The position numbers and the translations under genes are program-made. A stretch of 64,000 nt of DNA, taken from positions 16,962,567 through 17,026,566 of the forward strand of contig MU054541.1 in the NCBI GenBank assembly GCA_013239625.1. Reading direction: 5' to 3'. This document shows, in pieces, positions 62,301 through 64,000 of the stretch. Position 1 is the first letter of the stretch. Every line of letters starts with the position of its first letter. Origin of the DNA: Lama guanicoe. Its lineage: Eukaryota. Under the pieces are notes generated by a model. That model worked only from the letters and a program-made list of their open reading frames with translations. It was not told where the DNA came from and did not search any database.

Positions 62301-64000
62301 CTGTTAACAGATGTTTGGGTCCCGTCAGCTTCTTCCCACCGCTGACTTCACGAGGGGCTCTGGGAACGGGTGTTTATACTAAGCCTAAATTGATAGGGCA
62401 AGTTTAATGCAGTCGGGTCAAAGGTACAACTGCTTAGCCGGGCTCATCAGCCACTCAAGTTTCAGCCTCGGTTTATAAAGAAAGGGCTGCGGTGATAACA
62501 TCTGGCTGTTGAGCGTGACTGCGTTTTGCCTCCTATGATTGAACGGAATTTAATGGCGGGGGGTGGGGACCCAGGGCAATTTCATCCCTGAATTATGGTT
62601 CCAGATAGATTAGGCAAAGTGGCAGGCTGATCAGCAGGGTCCGGCCACCTAGCAGGCTGGTGAGCGGCCTCGCTCCCCCGGTTCCGCCCGCCCCGACCAC
62701 CCCACCCCGCCCGCTCCAGCCCGCTCTCTGGTGATGCTCGTCCGGCTGGCAGTGACGCACCGCTCAGGGAGGAGCAACTGCCGGGGAACCTGTGCTCCCA
62801 GGGGGGCTGCGGACCCCTGGGCATGAGCACGCCCACCCCTGGGCAGGGGGTGCCCGGCTGGGTTCCTGCTGCCGGAGGAAGGAGGCGAAGTGGCTCTGGC
62901 GTCCACCATCCTGCCAGCTTGCCTGCTTCAGGCCAGGGTTATGAGGACACTGTGACCTTGGGGCCAAAACACATGTGTCGTAAGCCAGCTCTCGGCACCG
63001 CAGGAGAGGACTGCGGCTCCTCCAGCCAGGGCCCGGCGCGGTTGAGCCCAGGGCCTCCGGGGCCGAGCTCTGAATGCACAGCAGCCTCGTCAGCCATCTC
63101 AGCGGCGCGAGAAGCGGACTGTGTGCGTCGGCCTCCACGTCACCCCGGGTCTGTGAAAGTGTCCTTCCCTTAGCCCTTCGGTCGCTGTGTGTCTGTACAA
63201 CTTCTTAAATTTGCAAAAACTGCTTTTAGTGTCAGCAGGTAGGTAGACCAAACTTCTGTGAATGATGGCAGAGACGACCCTCCCCGTGCAATCAGGCTGG
63301 GAGGGTGGCAAGCAGGGCCACCACGTTCACCGTGTTTCTGCTCTAACGTGGAGTGACGTTCCTGGCCCTGGTGCGCGATCGGGACCAGTAGGGGAGGCGC
63401 CTGGCCCCGCAGAGGCTGTGGGGCGAGACGCAGGCGTGGCGCAGGTGAGAGGACCTCGGGGGGACTTGATCCCAGTCCTGGGGCCTCACAGCCGTCTGGC
63501 CTCCAGGGGCTCCCCGAGCCTTTGTTTCTTCGTTGTAGTCAGGGCTGGTGTCTTGTCTGCTTTCCTGCGCGTACTTACCCTGCGTTGTGTGAGTCGAAGG
63601 AGACCCAAAGCCCTTCTCGAGCCCCAGGCCCATGTGAACAGGAGAGTTGCCATCACTGCCCCGCTGGCGGTCCCTCTGGCTGACACCTGGCGATGGGATG
63701 GGGGCAAGTTTAACTCTTCGAGGTCGCCAAGTTAGAAATGAGGCCCCCGAAGGGAACTTCCTGCCTGTGACGTAACACAGCTGACCCAGCAGGCCCAGAC
63801 GTACCAAGCGGCTGCATTAAGGGCAGTAGTTAAGAGGCGCCGTTTTTCAGCTGCAGGGTCTTTTCAGCAGGTCTCCTCATCGCAGGGGGACGTTGAAGGC
63901 GGAGCCATCAGGTGGCGCGGATCCTTGTCTGCCCTGTGCCCCTTCCTCCTCCAGTCCCTTTGTCTCCACCTCAACTCAGTGACCGTCCACGAAGCGCGTC

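Larger units (their letters stand above)
27594..64000 (+). other. GMDS: 5' part of the long GMDS intron 9; the next exon lies beyond the window
   Basis: No DFLQGDC.KAK-type peptide (the next GMDS exon) found by eye or in the ORF track. Confidence 0.85.

Noticed and set aside
1-64000. Hundreds of 60-330 aa ORFs on both strands (e.g. 59043-60029, 4278-5105, 12922-13740, 18972-19766)
   Set aside because: They overlap in all frames, are Pro/Arg/Gly/Ala/Ser-rich and show no recognisable domain. This is expected from stop-codon scarcity in GC-rich intronic DNA; many start at GTG/TTG.

Overview
This is GC-rich, CpG-rich mammalian genomic DNA, very probably camelid (alpaca/llama/camel): it has a tRNA-Ala-derived Vic-1-type SINE and artiodactyl-type L1 3' ends, and I saw no Alu, B1, Bov-tA, CHR or PRE-1 elements. 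The whole window lies inside the GMDS gene (GDP-mannose 4,6-dehydratase) on the + strand. Only two coding exons are present: 11451-11569 ([40 protein letters not shown]) and 27497-27593 ([33 protein letters not shown]). By recalled human gene structure these are exons 8 and 9; they splice in frame across a 15,927-nt GT-AG intron. The rest is intron containing decayed L1, HAL1, L2, MIR, MER5, MER33 and MLT1 copies, minisatellites and AT-rich unique islands. Almost all ORFs in the supplied track are chance ORFs of GC-rich DNA or L1 remnants. I found no new protein-coding operon-like system. The best leads are: (1) a candidate cryptic 22-nt poison micro-exon or alternative last exon at 54787, which puts a stop in the GMDS frame and is followed by two AATAAA signals; (2) AT-rich islands with forkhead, K50-homeodomain, SOX and TCF motifs, which are candidate long-range enhancers for the FOXC1/FOXF2/FOXQ1 cluster that neighbours GMDS in other vertebrates; (3) a strong AT-to-GC substitution bias (GC-biased gene conversion signature) in old repeats and possibly in two GMDS amino-acid changes. 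All repeat family names and consensus comparisons are from memory and were not computed; repeat boundaries are approximate.
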